A stretch of 64,000 nucleotides of DNA from Thermodesulfobacteriota bacterium (lineage in GTDB: Bacteria; Desulfobacterota; Desulfobulbia; Desulfobulbales; SURF-16), in NCBI GenBank assembly GCA_049323655.1, contig JBMONO010000034.1, positions 113,653-177,652 of the forward strand, in the 5' to 3' direction. Positions within the stretch are counted from its first letter, which is position 1, and each line of letters opens with the position of its first letter. Both the position numbers and the translations under genes were made by a program. Below the pieces are notes generated by a model. That model made no database searches. It worked only from the letters and a program-made list of their open reading frames with translations, and was not told the origin of the DNA. Shown here in pieces: positions 38,205 through 48,036 of the stretch.

Positions 38205-41200
38205 TCAGTCGTCGTTTTGCAGCGCCCGGCGAACACTGTTGGCCAGATCCCGCCGATTGATGGGTTTGAGGATGAGTTCGCGGATGCCGGCCCTGTTGAT
38301 CTCGTCCAGGGGCAGGCCGGCATCAAAACCGGTGCAGAGCAGGACAGGCAGGTCCGGGCGAATCTCACGTGCCCTGATGGCCAGCGTGATACCGGTCATG
38401 CCCGGCATGGTGTAATCGGTGATGAGCAGATCGATCTCATCGGCATGCTGGCGGACATAGGCAAGCGCCTCCCGGCTGTCGGTGATGCCGGCCACCCGGT
38501 AGCCGAGCATTTCCAGGATCTGCCGGTTGACATCGACGAGCAGCTCCTCGTCATCAACAAAGAGAATCCGCTCGGTGCCGCCCGGGATACCGGTGTCGCT
38601 CGGCACCATGTTCGCCCCCGGCTGGCCGTGGTACCGCGGCAAATAGACGGCAAATGAACTGCCCATCCCGAGCTCGCTGTGGACGGTGATGGTGCCGCCC
38701 AGCCGCTGGACAATGCCGTGCACCACAGCCAGGCCCATGCCGGTGCCCTCACCCTCGCCCTTGGTGGTGAAAAAAGGCTCGAAGATCCGCTCGGTCATCT
38801 CCGCCGTCATGCCGTGCCCGGTGTCGCTGACTGTCAGCCGGATAAAGGGCCCGGGCACGATGCGGGGATGCAGCCGGGCAAAATCGGCATCAAGCTCGAC
38901 ATCGATCAGGGAAATATCGAGGATGCCGCCATCCGGCCCCATGGCGTGGGCGGCATTGGCGCAGAGGTTCATGATGATCTGATGGAGTGAGGTGGGGTCG
39001 GCGACCACCACCGACTCGGAGGAAAAATCGGACCGGATGACGATGGTTGAGGGCAACGATGCCTTCAGCAGCTTCATCGTCTCTTTGGCGATGATCATGG
39101 GCTGGATCGGCTGCGGCTGCATATCGGTGCGGCGACTGAAGGCGAGGATCTGTTTGACGAGATCCCGGGCACGACCGGCGGCCTCGAGAATCCTGGTCAC
39201 GCAGCGACCGGGGCGGGATTCGGCCCCGACGTCGAGACGGGCGATCTCGGCAAAACCGAAAATGGCGGCCAGGATATTGTTGAAGTCATGGGCAATGCCG
39301 CCGGCCAGGGTGCCGATGGCCTCCATTTTCTGGGACTGGCGGAACATCGCCTCCACCCTGAGCTGTTCAGTGACATCACGCATGACAAAGACATAGCCCA
39401 TCCGTTCGCCGTGCGCATCGACAATGGGCGAGACGGTACTGTCCGCCTCGATGGAGCGTCCGTCCCTGCAACGGCCGGTCAAGCGGCCGCGCCACACTGT
39501 TCCCTCCTGTATCGTTTCCCACAATGTCGCAAAACGAGGGTCCTTGTTGTCTTCTGCCAGAAAATGATAGGGCTGGCCTGCGGCCTCTTCCGCATCATAG
39601 CCGGTGATGGCGGTAAAGGCCGGATTGACATAGCCGATGACGCCGCTGTTATCGGTAATGACAATCTCCTCCGCCGCCTGCTCAATGGCCGAGGCCAGGC
39701 GGACCAGCTGTCGTTCCGCCTGTTTGCGGGCGCTGATGTCCCGAACGATGGCCTGTTGCAGTGTGGTGCCGCCGAGTCGCAGCACCGAGAGACTCACCTC
39801 GGCTTCAAAAAGGGTGCCATCCTTTTTTTTGCACAGCCATTCAAAGAACTGTTGCTTTTCGGAGAGGGTGCGTCGGAGGCGAATACGTGCCTGGTCGCGG
39901 GATGAGGTGCCGTCCGGCTGGATGGCGGGCGAAAAGTCCTCGGGCCGGGCGTCGATCATTTGTTCGCGGCTGACCCCGAAGAGATGCAACGCTTTGGCGT
40001 TGCAGTCGAGGCAGTGGCCGTCCTGCAGGATGATAATAGCGTCGCTGGCCGACTCAAAAAGGGAACGGTATCGCTCTTCCTTTACGGCCAGTTCTTCCAT
40101 GACTCGATTGCGTTCGGCGACCATCCGGTTTGCCGCCGCGGCCATCCGCTGGAATTCGGTGTATTCCAGAGCATCGGGATCAATGGCATGGATGCCGGAG
40201 GCGGCGCGTTCAAAAAAGGCGGTAAGGGTGGCAATGGTGTCGTATGTTTTTCTGCTGATCCGGTGGGCGATGAAAAAAGAGATGGCAAGAAAGCTGGCCA
40301 GGACGACAAGGATACTGACCAGATTATCCTCCATGCGCTCCCGCATGGACTGCCGGGCCTGCCGGAGGGCGATGTCGATGTCGTCGAGAAGCTCGCCGGC
40401 ACCGATATACCAGTGCCAATCCTCCACCGGCAGCACATAACTGCTTTTGATCCCTCCGGGCATATCGGCAAATTCGGGCATCTCGTAATAGATGTGGCCG
40501 CCGCCGGTGCGGGCGAGATCGATGAGCTCGCCGACCACACGTCTGGCGCGCGCATCGCCGGTTTGCAGGATGTTTTCGCCGCGGCCCGGACCGGCAATGA
40601 TGAGTCCGTCCCACTGGCCGGCGAAGACGTAGCCCTGGCGGCCGAAACGGAGCTGGCTCATCCACTGGGCCACCTCCTGCCGGATCGCGGTTTCCATGTC
40701 CTCCTGATAGGCGCCGGTACCGATGAACCAGTCAAACGGGGCAAAATGCTTGATATAGGATATTTTCCTGAAGGTGTCGCCCTGGTGGCCCGGTCGGGTC
40801 CAGTTGTAAGAGTAAAAGCCCTCCCCTTTTTTTCTGACAATGGCGATCATATCACGGATCACATAGGCGCCGTCCGTATCCTGCAGATCAAGGAGATTTT
40901 TCCCTTCCAGCTCCGGCCGGTCGGCGAAAAGCATCTCAATGCCGTCAAGCGATGTGATGAAATAGTAGCCCTGGTCGTTGTCGTAGCGCAGGGGCCGCAA
41001 GGCCTCGCGGATCATCTCCTTGAGTTCTGCCGCGGATCTGTCGTGCTGGTAGGTGGCATAGAGATGTGAGGCAAGGGCATGGGCCTCATTGACCCTGGCC
41101 CGGATGGAAGTCCGAAGCCGCTCCTCGGTCTGTGATCGTTTAAAACGGATGAAGGCGGCAACGTCCTCCACCTGTTTTTTTATCTGTTCCTTGTGCCCGG

Positions 41201-41354
41201 CCAGCATGCGGGCCCGGGTCACGTCCGCCTCGCGGTTCAGGCGGGAATATTCCTGGAAAATCCAGACGCCGCCGAGCAGACCGATGGGAAGGGCAACCAG
41301 CAGGCCCATGTAGAGGGCCAGGGTGCGGGAAAAACTGCGCGGGGTGATGGACAT
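38205..41354 (-). CDS. Hybrid sensor histidine kinase (Cache-like periplasmic domain, PAS repeats, HisKA/HATPase, C-terminal receiver)
   Basis: 1049 aa. Two TM segments around a Cache-like domain. Several PAS blocks. H-box GIAHDFNNIL. G-boxes. REC domain (ILFVDDEE...DYTMPGMTG). Confidence 0.9.
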   Translation of the reverse strand: MSITPRSFSRTLALYMGLLVALPIGLLGGVWIFQEYSRLNREADVTRARMLAGHKEQIKKQVEDVAAFIRFKRSQTEERLRTSIRARVNEAHALASHLYATYQHDRSAAELKEMIREALRPLRYDNDQGYYFITSLDGIEMLFADRPELEGKNLLDLQDTDGAYVIRDMIAIVRKKGEGFYSYNWTRPGHQGDTFRKISYIKHFAPFDWFIGTGAYQEDMETAIRQEVAQWMSQLRFGRQGYVFAGQWDGLIIAGPGRGENILQTGDARARRVVGELIDLARTGGGHIYYEMPEFADMPGGIKSSYVLPVEDWHWYIGAGELLDDIDIALRQARQSMRERMEDNLVSILVVLASFLAISFFIAHRISRKTYDTIATLTAFFERAASGIHAIDPDALEYTEFQRMAAAANRMVAERNRVMEELAVKEERYRSLFESASDAIIILQDGHCLDCNAKALHLFGVSREQMIDARPEDFSPAIQPDGTSSRDQARIRLRRTLSEKQQFFEWLCKKKDGTLFEAEVSLSVLRLGGTTLQQAIVRDISARKQAERQLVRLASAIEQAAEEIVITDNSGVIGYVNPAFTAITGYDAEEAAGQPYHFLAEDNKDPRFATLWETIQEGTVWRGRLTGRCRDGRSIEADSTVSPIVDAHGERMGYVFVMRDVTEQLRVEAMFRQSQKMEAIGTLAGGIAHDFNNILAAIFGFAEIARLDVGAESRPGRCVTRILEAAGRARDLVKQILAFSRRTDMQPQPIQPMIIAKETMKLLKASLPSTIVIRSDFSSESVVVADPTSLHQIIMNLCANAAHAMGPDGGILDISLIDVELDADFARLHPRIVPGPFIRLTVSDTGHGMTAEMTERIFEPFFTTKGEGEGTGMGLAVVHGIVQRLGGTITVHSELGMGSSFAVYLPRYHGQPGANMVPSDTGIPGGTERILFVDDEELLVDVNRQILEMLGYRVAGITDSREALAYVRQHADEIDLLITDYTMPGMTGITLAIRAREIRPDLPVLLCTGFDAGLPLDEINRAGIRELILKPINRRDLANSVRRALQNDD

Positions 41355-41509
41355 GAATGACCTTGGGCAGGCTGGATTTTTCCGGAGTTACGCCACGTCG
41401 CCGCCGGCTGTAACGGTGAATAGCCGGCACCTTTTATTGTAGTTCCTGCCGGTGGATTTTGTATATGTTTTTTGCAAGGAGACGGCATATCGAGCCGGAA
41501 AAGGGCGTA

Positions 41510-43171
41510 TCAGGAATCGGGAGCTTCGCCCTTGGCCAGGGCGATCAACGCCGCTCCCAGGGCGTTGCCCACCTGATAGTGGTCGGGAAAGACGACTGTA
41601 GTGCCCAGTCGTTCGGCCACCTCGGGCAACAAATACCGGGCGGCGGCGCCGATGCCGACCATGGGCAGGCGGGCGGTGAAGCGCAGATCGAGCAGGGTGC
41701 TGGTCCGGTAGCCCGGATAAAACCCGGAGAGGGTTTTGCCCGTCTCGATCGTCAGCAGATGATCGACAATGGCGTCCTCGATTTTTCTTTCCACCGCGGC
41801 AAGCACCCGGTGGCAGAGTTCCTCCGTCTCGATACCCAGTTCCGCAGCCAGTCGACGGGCGCCGGCAAGGGCGGCGGTACGGTTGCCGAGCTCAAGCCGG
41901 CCGAGAACGTGAAGGGCATCGGTAGGGGTGAAGCCGGTTTCGATGATGAGCTGGAGACGGCCCAGCTCCTTGAGGTGGTCGACCAGGGTGATTTCCGCCA
42001 GGTCGAAATGCTCTTTCAGGTGCTGCGGGGTGGCCGGACCATGCTCGACCAGATAGGCAAGCACCTTGTCGTGGCGTGCCTCCGCCGGGGTGATGTCCTG
42101 GTCGGCCGCCACGCAGCGATCGGCCAGGCCCCGACCGAGCCACTGTTCAGGGCCGGCGGTGCTGGCTGACATGGCCAGCGGCGTCACCCGGCGGGAGCTG
42201 AGCTGGAGGTTGCCCCAGCGGTCGACCGCGGCGTGGCTGTCGCCGCCTGCCCCCACCGTACTCATCTGGACCGCGTCGACATGGGTGTGCCATTCGCCGA
42301 TCAGGCTGCCCTCGGTATCGAGCAGCGGCTTGCCGGCCCGGATCACGGTGATGTCGGTGGTGGTGCCGCCGACATCGACGATGAGGGCATCGGGAGTGGG
42401 GGAGAAGGAGAGGCCGAACCAGGCGGTGGCCGCCGGCCCGCTGGCCACGGTCGAGGCGGCCCGTTTGTGGGTCTGGCTGATATCCATGGGGGTGGCGTCT
42501 CCGCGGATAATGGCGACCCGGCCGGCCATGCCCAGGGTGGTGAGGGAATCCTGCATGCCGGCGAGAAAGCTCTCCATCACCGGCATCAGCCGGGCATTGA
42601 GGACACAGGTGGCGGCCCGCTCTTTGATGCCGGGCCGATCGCTTATCTCATGGGAACAGAAGACCGGTTTGCCGGGGTCGATCAGGCTGATCGCCTTGGC
42701 CATGATCATTTCATGGGCCGGATTGATGATGCTCATGGCGGCGCAGACGGCATAGGCGTCTACCTGGCCGGCGATATTACGCACCGCATCGACCAGCGTT
42801 TCCATGTCGAGCTTTTCCGCCTCTTCGCCGAGATGATTGTGCCCGCCTCGCATGAAGTTGACGGAAACCACCGGCAGGTTAAAATGCTTGGCCGGCCCGG
42901 CCACCAGCAGGGCGACGTCGGCGCCCTTGCCTTCCACCACCGCGTTGGTGGCAAGGGTGGTGGAAACGGCGACCAGATCCACCCTGGCCGGATGAATGCC
43001 GGAGAGACGGAAAAGCTCGGCCAGACATTTCGAGATGCCGAGGCTGAGCTGGTGATGGGTGGTGGGATACTTGGCCGAGGCCGTCAGCCGGCCGCTCGAC
43101 CGCGCCAGCAGCACCGCATCCGTATAGGTGCCGCCGGTGTCAATGCCGATGATGTATGTCGTTTCGTTCAT
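41510..43171 (-). CDS. Hydantoinase/oxoprolinase (Hydantoinase_A, ASKHA-fold) family protein
   Basis: N-terminus IGIDTGGTYTDAVLL and a second phosphate motif VDVGGTTTDI. Contains an internal wHTH-like stretch. Confidence 0.7.
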   Translation of the reverse strand: MNETTYIIGIDTGGTYTDAVLLARSSGRLTASAKYPTTHHQLSLGISKCLAELFRLSGIHPARVDLVAVSTTLATNAVVEGKGADVALLVAGPAKHFNLPVVSVNFMRGGHNHLGEEAEKLDMETLVDAVRNIAGQVDAYAVCAAMSIINPAHEMIMAKAISLIDPGKPVFCSHEISDRPGIKERAATCVLNARLMPVMESFLAGMQDSLTTLGMAGRVAIIRGDATPMDISQTHKRAASTVASGPAATAWFGLSFSPTPDALIVDVGGTTTDITVIRAGKPLLDTEGSLIGEWHTHVDAVQMSTVGAGGDSHAAVDRWGNLQLSSRRVTPLAMSASTAGPEQWLGRGLADRCVAADQDITPAEARHDKVLAYLVEHGPATPQHLKEHFDLAEITLVDHLKELGRLQLIIETGFTPTDALHVLGRLELGNRTAALAGARRLAAELGIETEELCHRVLAAVERKIEDAIVDHLLTIETGKTLSGFYPGYRTSTLLDLRFTARLPMVGIGAAARYLLPEVAERLGTTVVFPDHYQVGNALGAALIALAKGEAPDS

Positions 43172-43248
43172 GTCATATCCTGTTGTCGTTGTGCGGGCGA
43201 CGATCCATGATACAAGTTGTATATGCCGCTTGCCATGCGTCGCATTGC

Positions 43249-43277
43249 TTGACCCGAGATCGGGAACATACTATGAT
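43249..43277 (+). promoter_or_regulatory. Sigma-70-type promoter upstream of the HDOD gene
   Basis: TTGACC (43249-43254), a 17-nt spacer, then TATGAT (43272-43277). Confidence 0.45.
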
Positions 43278-43318
43278 GATCCTTATTTTCCGCTTGGTTA
43301 TAAAAAATCGGGAAGGCA

Positions 43319-44206
43319 ATGGCAAACTCTTTAGACACCAAAGAAGATCTTTTCAACCAGATCCGCGACTTCATCGATCGCATGCCGAGTCTGTCCACCA
43401 CGGTGACCAAGGTCATGGAGGTGTGCAATCAGCCCAACACCTCGCCCAATGACCTCAATCGGGTCATCTCCCTCGATCCCGTCCTTACCGGTCAGGTGCT
43501 GAAGCTGATCAACTCCGCCTATTACTCCCTGCCCAATCAGGTCACCTCGCTGACTCGCGCCATCATCATGCTGGGGCTCAACACCGTCAAAAACCTGGCC
43601 TTGAGCACCGCTATCCTCGGCACCATCGGCAAGGAAAAATCCCGCTGCCTTTCCATGGACACCTTCTGGACCCACTCCATCTGCGTCGGGGTCACTGCCA
43701 AGGCGTTGGCCGTTGAAAAAAATATTCCGCCGACCAACCGGGAGGAATACTTTGTCGCCGGCCTTCTGCATGATCTCGGCAAGATTCCCCTGTCCAACTG
43801 TTTTCCCGATGAATACCAGCAGGCTCTGGAGCTGGCCCGCCTGCAGCGTTGCTCGCTGGTGCGGGCGGAAAAGATGATCTTCGGGTTCGACCATCGAGTC
43901 ACCGGCAGGATCATCGGCGAAAAATGGCAGCTCAACCAGGCGATGATCGCCTCCCTCACCCATCACCATAATCCGGGCGCCTTGCCGGAGGATAAACGGG
44001 AGCTGGTCGCCTCCATCGGTCTGGCCAATCTCTATGCCAATATCTTTGAAATCGGTTCGGCCGGCGATCAGTATCAGGAGATTCCCCTGGTGGATCAGAC
44101 CATCGCCGCCGCCGGCATCGCGTGGCCCCGGGTCTCTGCCCTGCAGTCAACGGTGGAGGAAGAGATCGCCAAGGCCCAGATCTTTCTACAGATGACCAGG
44201 GAATGA
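43319..44206 (+). CDS. HDOD-domain signalling protein
   Basis: 295 aa. HDOD pattern (MPSLSTTVTKVMEV..., GLLHDLGKIPL). Confidence 0.8.
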   Translation: MANSLDTKEDLFNQIRDFIDRMPSLSTTVTKVMEVCNQPNTSPNDLNRVISLDPVLTGQVLKLINSAYYSLPNQVTSLTRAIIMLGLNTVKNLALSTAILGTIGKEKSRCLSMDTFWTHSICVGVTAKALAVEKNIPPTNREEYFVAGLLHDLGKIPLSNCFPDEYQQALELARLQRCSLVRAEKMIFGFDHRVTGRIIGEKWQLNQAMIASLTHHHNPGALPEDKRELVASIGLANLYANIFEIGSAGDQYQEIPLVDQTIAAAGIAWPRVSALQSTVEEEIAKAQIFLQMTRE

Positions 44207-44229
44207 CCCTGCCGGAAAAGGAAACGCGC

Positions 44230-45147
44230 ATGAAGGTGAAATTCTGGGGCGTTCGCGGCTCCATCCCCTGTCCCGGCCCGCTCACCATGAAATACGGCGG
44301 CAACACGCCCTGTCTGGAGCTGCGTTTCCCGGAGATAAACCGTCTCATCATCATCGACGCCGGCTCCGGTATCCGTGAGCTCGGTAACTTCATGATGAAA
44401 CACGATCTGCCCAAGGGCCCGATCAGGACGGAAATCTTTCTTTCCCATACCCACTGGGATCATATCATGGGCTTTCCCTTTTTCACGCCGATCTACATTC
44501 CCGGGACCCGGCTCACCGTTTACGGTCCGGTATCGTATGAGCAGGATACCCTGGAAAAGATCGTCGGCGGCCAGCTCACCTATCGCTATTTCCCGGTGCG
44601 GGGGGAGGAACTGGGGGCCGCCATCCGCTATATTGACCTCAAGGAGGGGCGTTACAATCTCGGCGACGGCATCAGGCTGACCACCAAGTACCTCAACCAT
44701 CCCATCCTCTGCCTGGGTTACCGTTTCGAGTACCAGGGCAAGGTCTTCTGCACCGCTTACGACACCGAACCCTTCCGTAATCTCTTTGTTACCGATCCGG
44801 CTGATCCTTCCTATGATGCGGCCATGGCCGAGGAGGGCGAGCTGGCGGCCCGGGAACAGAACGAGGTGGTGGAAAATTTTGTCGCCGGCGCCGATCTGCT
44901 CGTCTACGACTGCCAGTACACCGCGGCAGAGTATGAGGCGGGCAAGAAGGGATGGGGCCATTCCTTTTTCGAGTATGTCTGCCCAATGGCGGCCCGCAAC
45001 CGGGTCAAACGGCTGGCCCTGTTTCACCACGAACCGATGCGCACCGACGAGCAGCTGGACGGCCTGGCGGTGATTCATTGCGCAAAAGGCGCCTACGGCG
45101 ACACCGAGATTTTTTTCGCCAGAGAGGGCGAGGAGATCATGCTTTGA
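44230..45147 (+). CDS. MBL-fold metallo-hydrolase
   Basis: MKVKFWGVRGS N-terminus and the HxHxDH motif (SHTHWDH). An alternative start at 44203 overlaps the HDOD stop. Confidence 0.75.
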   Translation: MKVKFWGVRGSIPCPGPLTMKYGGNTPCLELRFPEINRLIIIDAGSGIRELGNFMMKHDLPKGPIRTEIFLSHTHWDHIMGFPFFTPIYIPGTRLTVYGPVSYEQDTLEKIVGGQLTYRYFPVRGEELGAAIRYIDLKEGRYNLGDGIRLTTKYLNHPILCLGYRFEYQGKVFCTAYDTEPFRNLFVTDPADPSYDAAMAEEGELAAREQNEVVENFVAGADLLVYDCQYTAAEYEAGKKGWGHSFFEYVCPMAARNRVKRLALFHHEPMRTDEQLDGLAVIHCAKGAYGDTEIFFAREGEEIML

Positions 45148-45149
45148 TA

Positions 45150-45262
45150 CGGTTCGTAAGAACTGAGAATCAACTACGCCCACCGAGCACCCGGAGATAG
45201 CACTGACAGTCATTCAACATGTTTTCGCTGTGTCCTCCGTGGTTAAAAAGATTTTTTGCGAC
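45150..45262 (+). repeat. Z-type repeat, copy 5 (diverged)
   Basis: CGGTTCGTAAGAACTGAGAATCAACTACGCCCACCGAGCACCCGGAGATAGCACTGACAGTCATTCAACATGTTTTCGCTGTGTCCTCCGTGGTTAAAAAGATTTTTTGCG. Aligns best with copy 6. Confidence 0.7.
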
Positions 45263-45291
45263 GCCATCTTCTTTGCAATAGCGAAAACAGC

Positions 45292-47481
45292 ATGCCCCGG
45301 GACGAGACGCTGACCACCATCACAGGCATCCTTGAGCGTATCACCTTCCATTCCGAGGAAAACGGCTACTGTGTTGCCCGTCTGCGCGAAGAGGGAGAGG
45401 CCGGGGAACCGACCACCGTGGTCGGTCATCTGGCCGGGCTGCCGGTGGGCTCCACCCTCTCCCTGTCCGGCCGCTGGGTCGTTGACAGCCGCCACGGCCG
45501 GCAATTTAAGGTGGAGCGGTATGCCCTGGAAAAACCGAACACGATCAACGGTCTGGAGCGCTATCTCGGTTCCGGGCTGATCAAGGGCATCGGTCCCCGC
45601 TTTGCCGCCCGTATCGTCCGACGCTTCGGCCTGGCGACCCTCGATATCCTGGAAAAGGAGCCTGAGCGGCTGGCCGAGGTGGAGGGGCTCGGTCCACAGC
45701 GCGTCGCCCGCATCACCGCCGCCTGGCAGCAGCAGAAAGATATCCATGCCATCATGGTCTTTCTCCAGGGGCACAACATCTCCGCCGCCTTTGCCGTCCG
45801 CATTTTCAAGGCCTACGGCAAAGATGCCATGCGGGCGGTGACGGACAATCCGTACCGGCTGGCCGAGGAGATCCGCGGCATCGGTTTTAAAAACGCCGAC
45901 CGCATTGCCCTGGCCATGGGCTTTGCCCTGCATGATCCCCGCCGGGCGCGGGCCGCCATCCTTTTTGTCTTAAACGAGGCAGCCGGAGATGGGCACTGTT
46001 ATCTGCCGGAGCCCGCGCTGCTTGCCCGGTGCCGGACCATGATCGATCCGCACGAGGAGGTGACCGGGCTGGTCGAGATGCTGGCTGCCGAGATTCTCCG
46101 GCTCTCCGGGGATGGGCGGATCGCCCGGGATCATGGTTGTGTCTATCCCGCCCCCCTCTATTATGCCGAGGTGGGCGCTGCCTCCAGTCTCGCCCTGCTG
46201 GCCCGCCATCGCCCACCGTCCCCGGTTGCTTCCCTCGACGCCGCCCTGACGCGGGCCGCGAAAACCATGGGGGTCAATCTTGCGCCCGAACAGCGCCAGG
46301 CCCTGACAACCGCTTTGACAAACCGGGTAACGATCATCACCGGCGGTCCCGGTACCGGCAAGAGCACCATTCTTAAGGGCCTTCTTCTCCTGCTTGCCGC
46401 CGATCAGCGCCGTGTTGCCCTGGCCGCGCCCACCGGACGGGCGGCGAAACGGCTCGGCGAGGCCTGCGGCCGCGAGGCGAAAACCATTCATCGCCTGCTC
46501 GAATACGACCCGACTCTGCGCGGGTTCCGGCGCAGCGGCGACCATCCCCTCGATGCCGATGTCGTGGTCATTGACGAGGCCTCGATGATGGACATCGCGC
46601 TGGCCAATGCCCTCTTCAAGGCCATTTCTCCCGGAGCCTCCCTGCTGCTGGTCGGTGATGTGGATCAGCTGCCCTCGGTGGGACCGGGCAATGTCCTGCG
46701 CGACTGTATCGAGTCCGGTGTCTTTCCCGTGGTGCGACTGGAACGGATCTACCGACAGAGTGAGGGGTCACTCATCAGTATCAACGCCGCCCGCATCAAC
46801 CATGGGGAGGCGCTGGAGCTGCTGCCCGCCTATCAGGGCGACAAGGATTTTTATTTCATCCGCCGTGAGACGCCGGAGGAGATCGCCGCCGAGATTGCCA
46901 GTCTCTGCGGCGGCCGGCTCAGCGGGAAGTTCGGCTTCGATCCCATGCGCGATATCCAGGTCCTCACCCCGATGCGCAAGGGAATCATCGGCAGCGACGG
47001 CCTTAACCGGACCCTGCAGGATCTCCTGGTGCCCGCGGTTAACCATGGCGCCCCCCGCACCGATGGACGTGCGGGCGGTTTCCGGCATCGCGATAAAGTT
47101 ATGCAGATTCGCAACAACTACGACCTCGATGTCCTCAACGGCGATATTGGTTTTGTCGTTGCCGTTGACGAGGAAGACGGCCGCGTCGTCATCGATTTTG
47201 ACGGCCGCCGGGTGGCGTGCTCCGGCACCGAACTGGCCGATGTCGTGCTTGCCTATGCCATCACCGTTCATAAATCCCAGGGGTCGGAATTCCCCTGTGT
47301 CATTCTGCCGGTGCATACCTGCCATTATCCCCTTTTGCAGCGCAATCTCCTCTATACCGCCGTTACCCGCGGCAAGAAACTCGTCATCGTCATCGGCAGC
47401 GCCCGAGCGGTGACCATGGCCATCGGCAACAACAGCATCGAGGCGCGCAACAGCCGATTGCGCGAGCGGCTTCGGCAATAG
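45292..47481 (+). CDS. recD2: RecD2-type SF1 ATP-dependent DNA helicase
   Basis: N-terminal OB/HhH region. Walker A GGPGTGKST. DEASM Walker B. C-terminal YAITVHKSQGSE motif. Confidence 0.9.
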   Translation: MPRDETLTTITGILERITFHSEENGYCVARLREEGEAGEPTTVVGHLAGLPVGSTLSLSGRWVVDSRHGRQFKVERYALEKPNTINGLERYLGSGLIKGIGPRFAARIVRRFGLATLDILEKEPERLAEVEGLGPQRVARITAAWQQQKDIHAIMVFLQGHNISAAFAVRIFKAYGKDAMRAVTDNPYRLAEEIRGIGFKNADRIALAMGFALHDPRRARAAILFVLNEAAGDGHCYLPEPALLARCRTMIDPHEEVTGLVEMLAAEILRLSGDGRIARDHGCVYPAPLYYAEVGAASSLALLARHRPPSPVASLDAALTRAAKTMGVNLAPEQRQALTTALTNRVTIITGGPGTGKSTILKGLLLLLAADQRRVALAAPTGRAAKRLGEACGREAKTIHRLLEYDPTLRGFRRSGDHPLDADVVVIDEASMMDIALANALFKAISPGASLLLVGDVDQLPSVGPGNVLRDCIESGVFPVVRLERIYRQSEGSLISINAARINHGEALELLPAYQGDKDFYFIRRETPEEIAAEIASLCGGRLSGKFGFDPMRDIQVLTPMRKGIIGSDGLNRTLQDLLVPAVNHGAPRTDGRAGGFRHRDKVMQIRNNYDLDVLNGDIGFVVAVDEEDGRVVIDFDGRRVACSGTELADVVLAYAITVHKSQGSEFPCVILPVHTCHYPLLQRNLLYTAVTRGKKLVIVIGSARAVTMAIGNNSIEARNSRLRERLRQ

Positions 47482-47499
47482 AGTCGGGAGGCAAACGAC

Positions 47500-47925
47500 A
47501 TGGTTATCTCCGAGGAAGTCAAGTTCCCCCGTCCCCCCCGTATCGATACCGGTGAATCACGACTCACCCCGCGGGAGATCGCCGGCATTGATCCGGTCCT
47601 GCCCATCAGATACATCACCAGAAAATGGCGCCGCGGCGAGCGGCGACCCTTTGGCGAAGAGTCGGTGGAAGGTCTGAGCAATGAGGCGGAAAAAGATCTG
47701 CACCTGCTTGTGCATCGGGTCAATGCCGATCTGGAAAAGGCGAACGTTCCCATTCATCTCGGCCTGATACGCGAGGAGCGCGGCTATGCGCTCGATATCT
47801 ACGACTGCACCGACGGCCTGGCCTGCCGGATCGTCCGCGCCGAGGCGATCCACATCAGGGATCTGCCCGCCATGCTGAAAAATCTCCAGCAGGAAGCGGG
47901 ATTGCTGATTGATATCCAGGTCTAG
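47500..47925 (+). CDS. FlaG-like hypothetical protein
   Basis: The C-terminal block (L..IREERGYALDIYDCTDGLACRIVRAEAIHIRDLPAMLKNLQQEAGLLIDIQV) resembles FlaG family ends. Weak call. Confidence 0.4.
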   Translation: MVISEEVKFPRPPRIDTGESRLTPREIAGIDPVLPIRYITRKWRRGERRPFGEESVEGLSNEAEKDLHLLVHRVNADLEKANVPIHLGLIREERGYALDIYDCTDGLACRIVRAEAIHIRDLPAMLKNLQQEAGLLIDIQV

Positions 47926-48036
47926 GTAGATCTTGTTTTTTTCATTGAAAATTAAAAACAAATGTGATAACCAAGGCTTTCAGAATATGAATGGTCATTC
48001 ATCTTTTTAGGTATCTTTACTGATTGGGCGGGCTGT

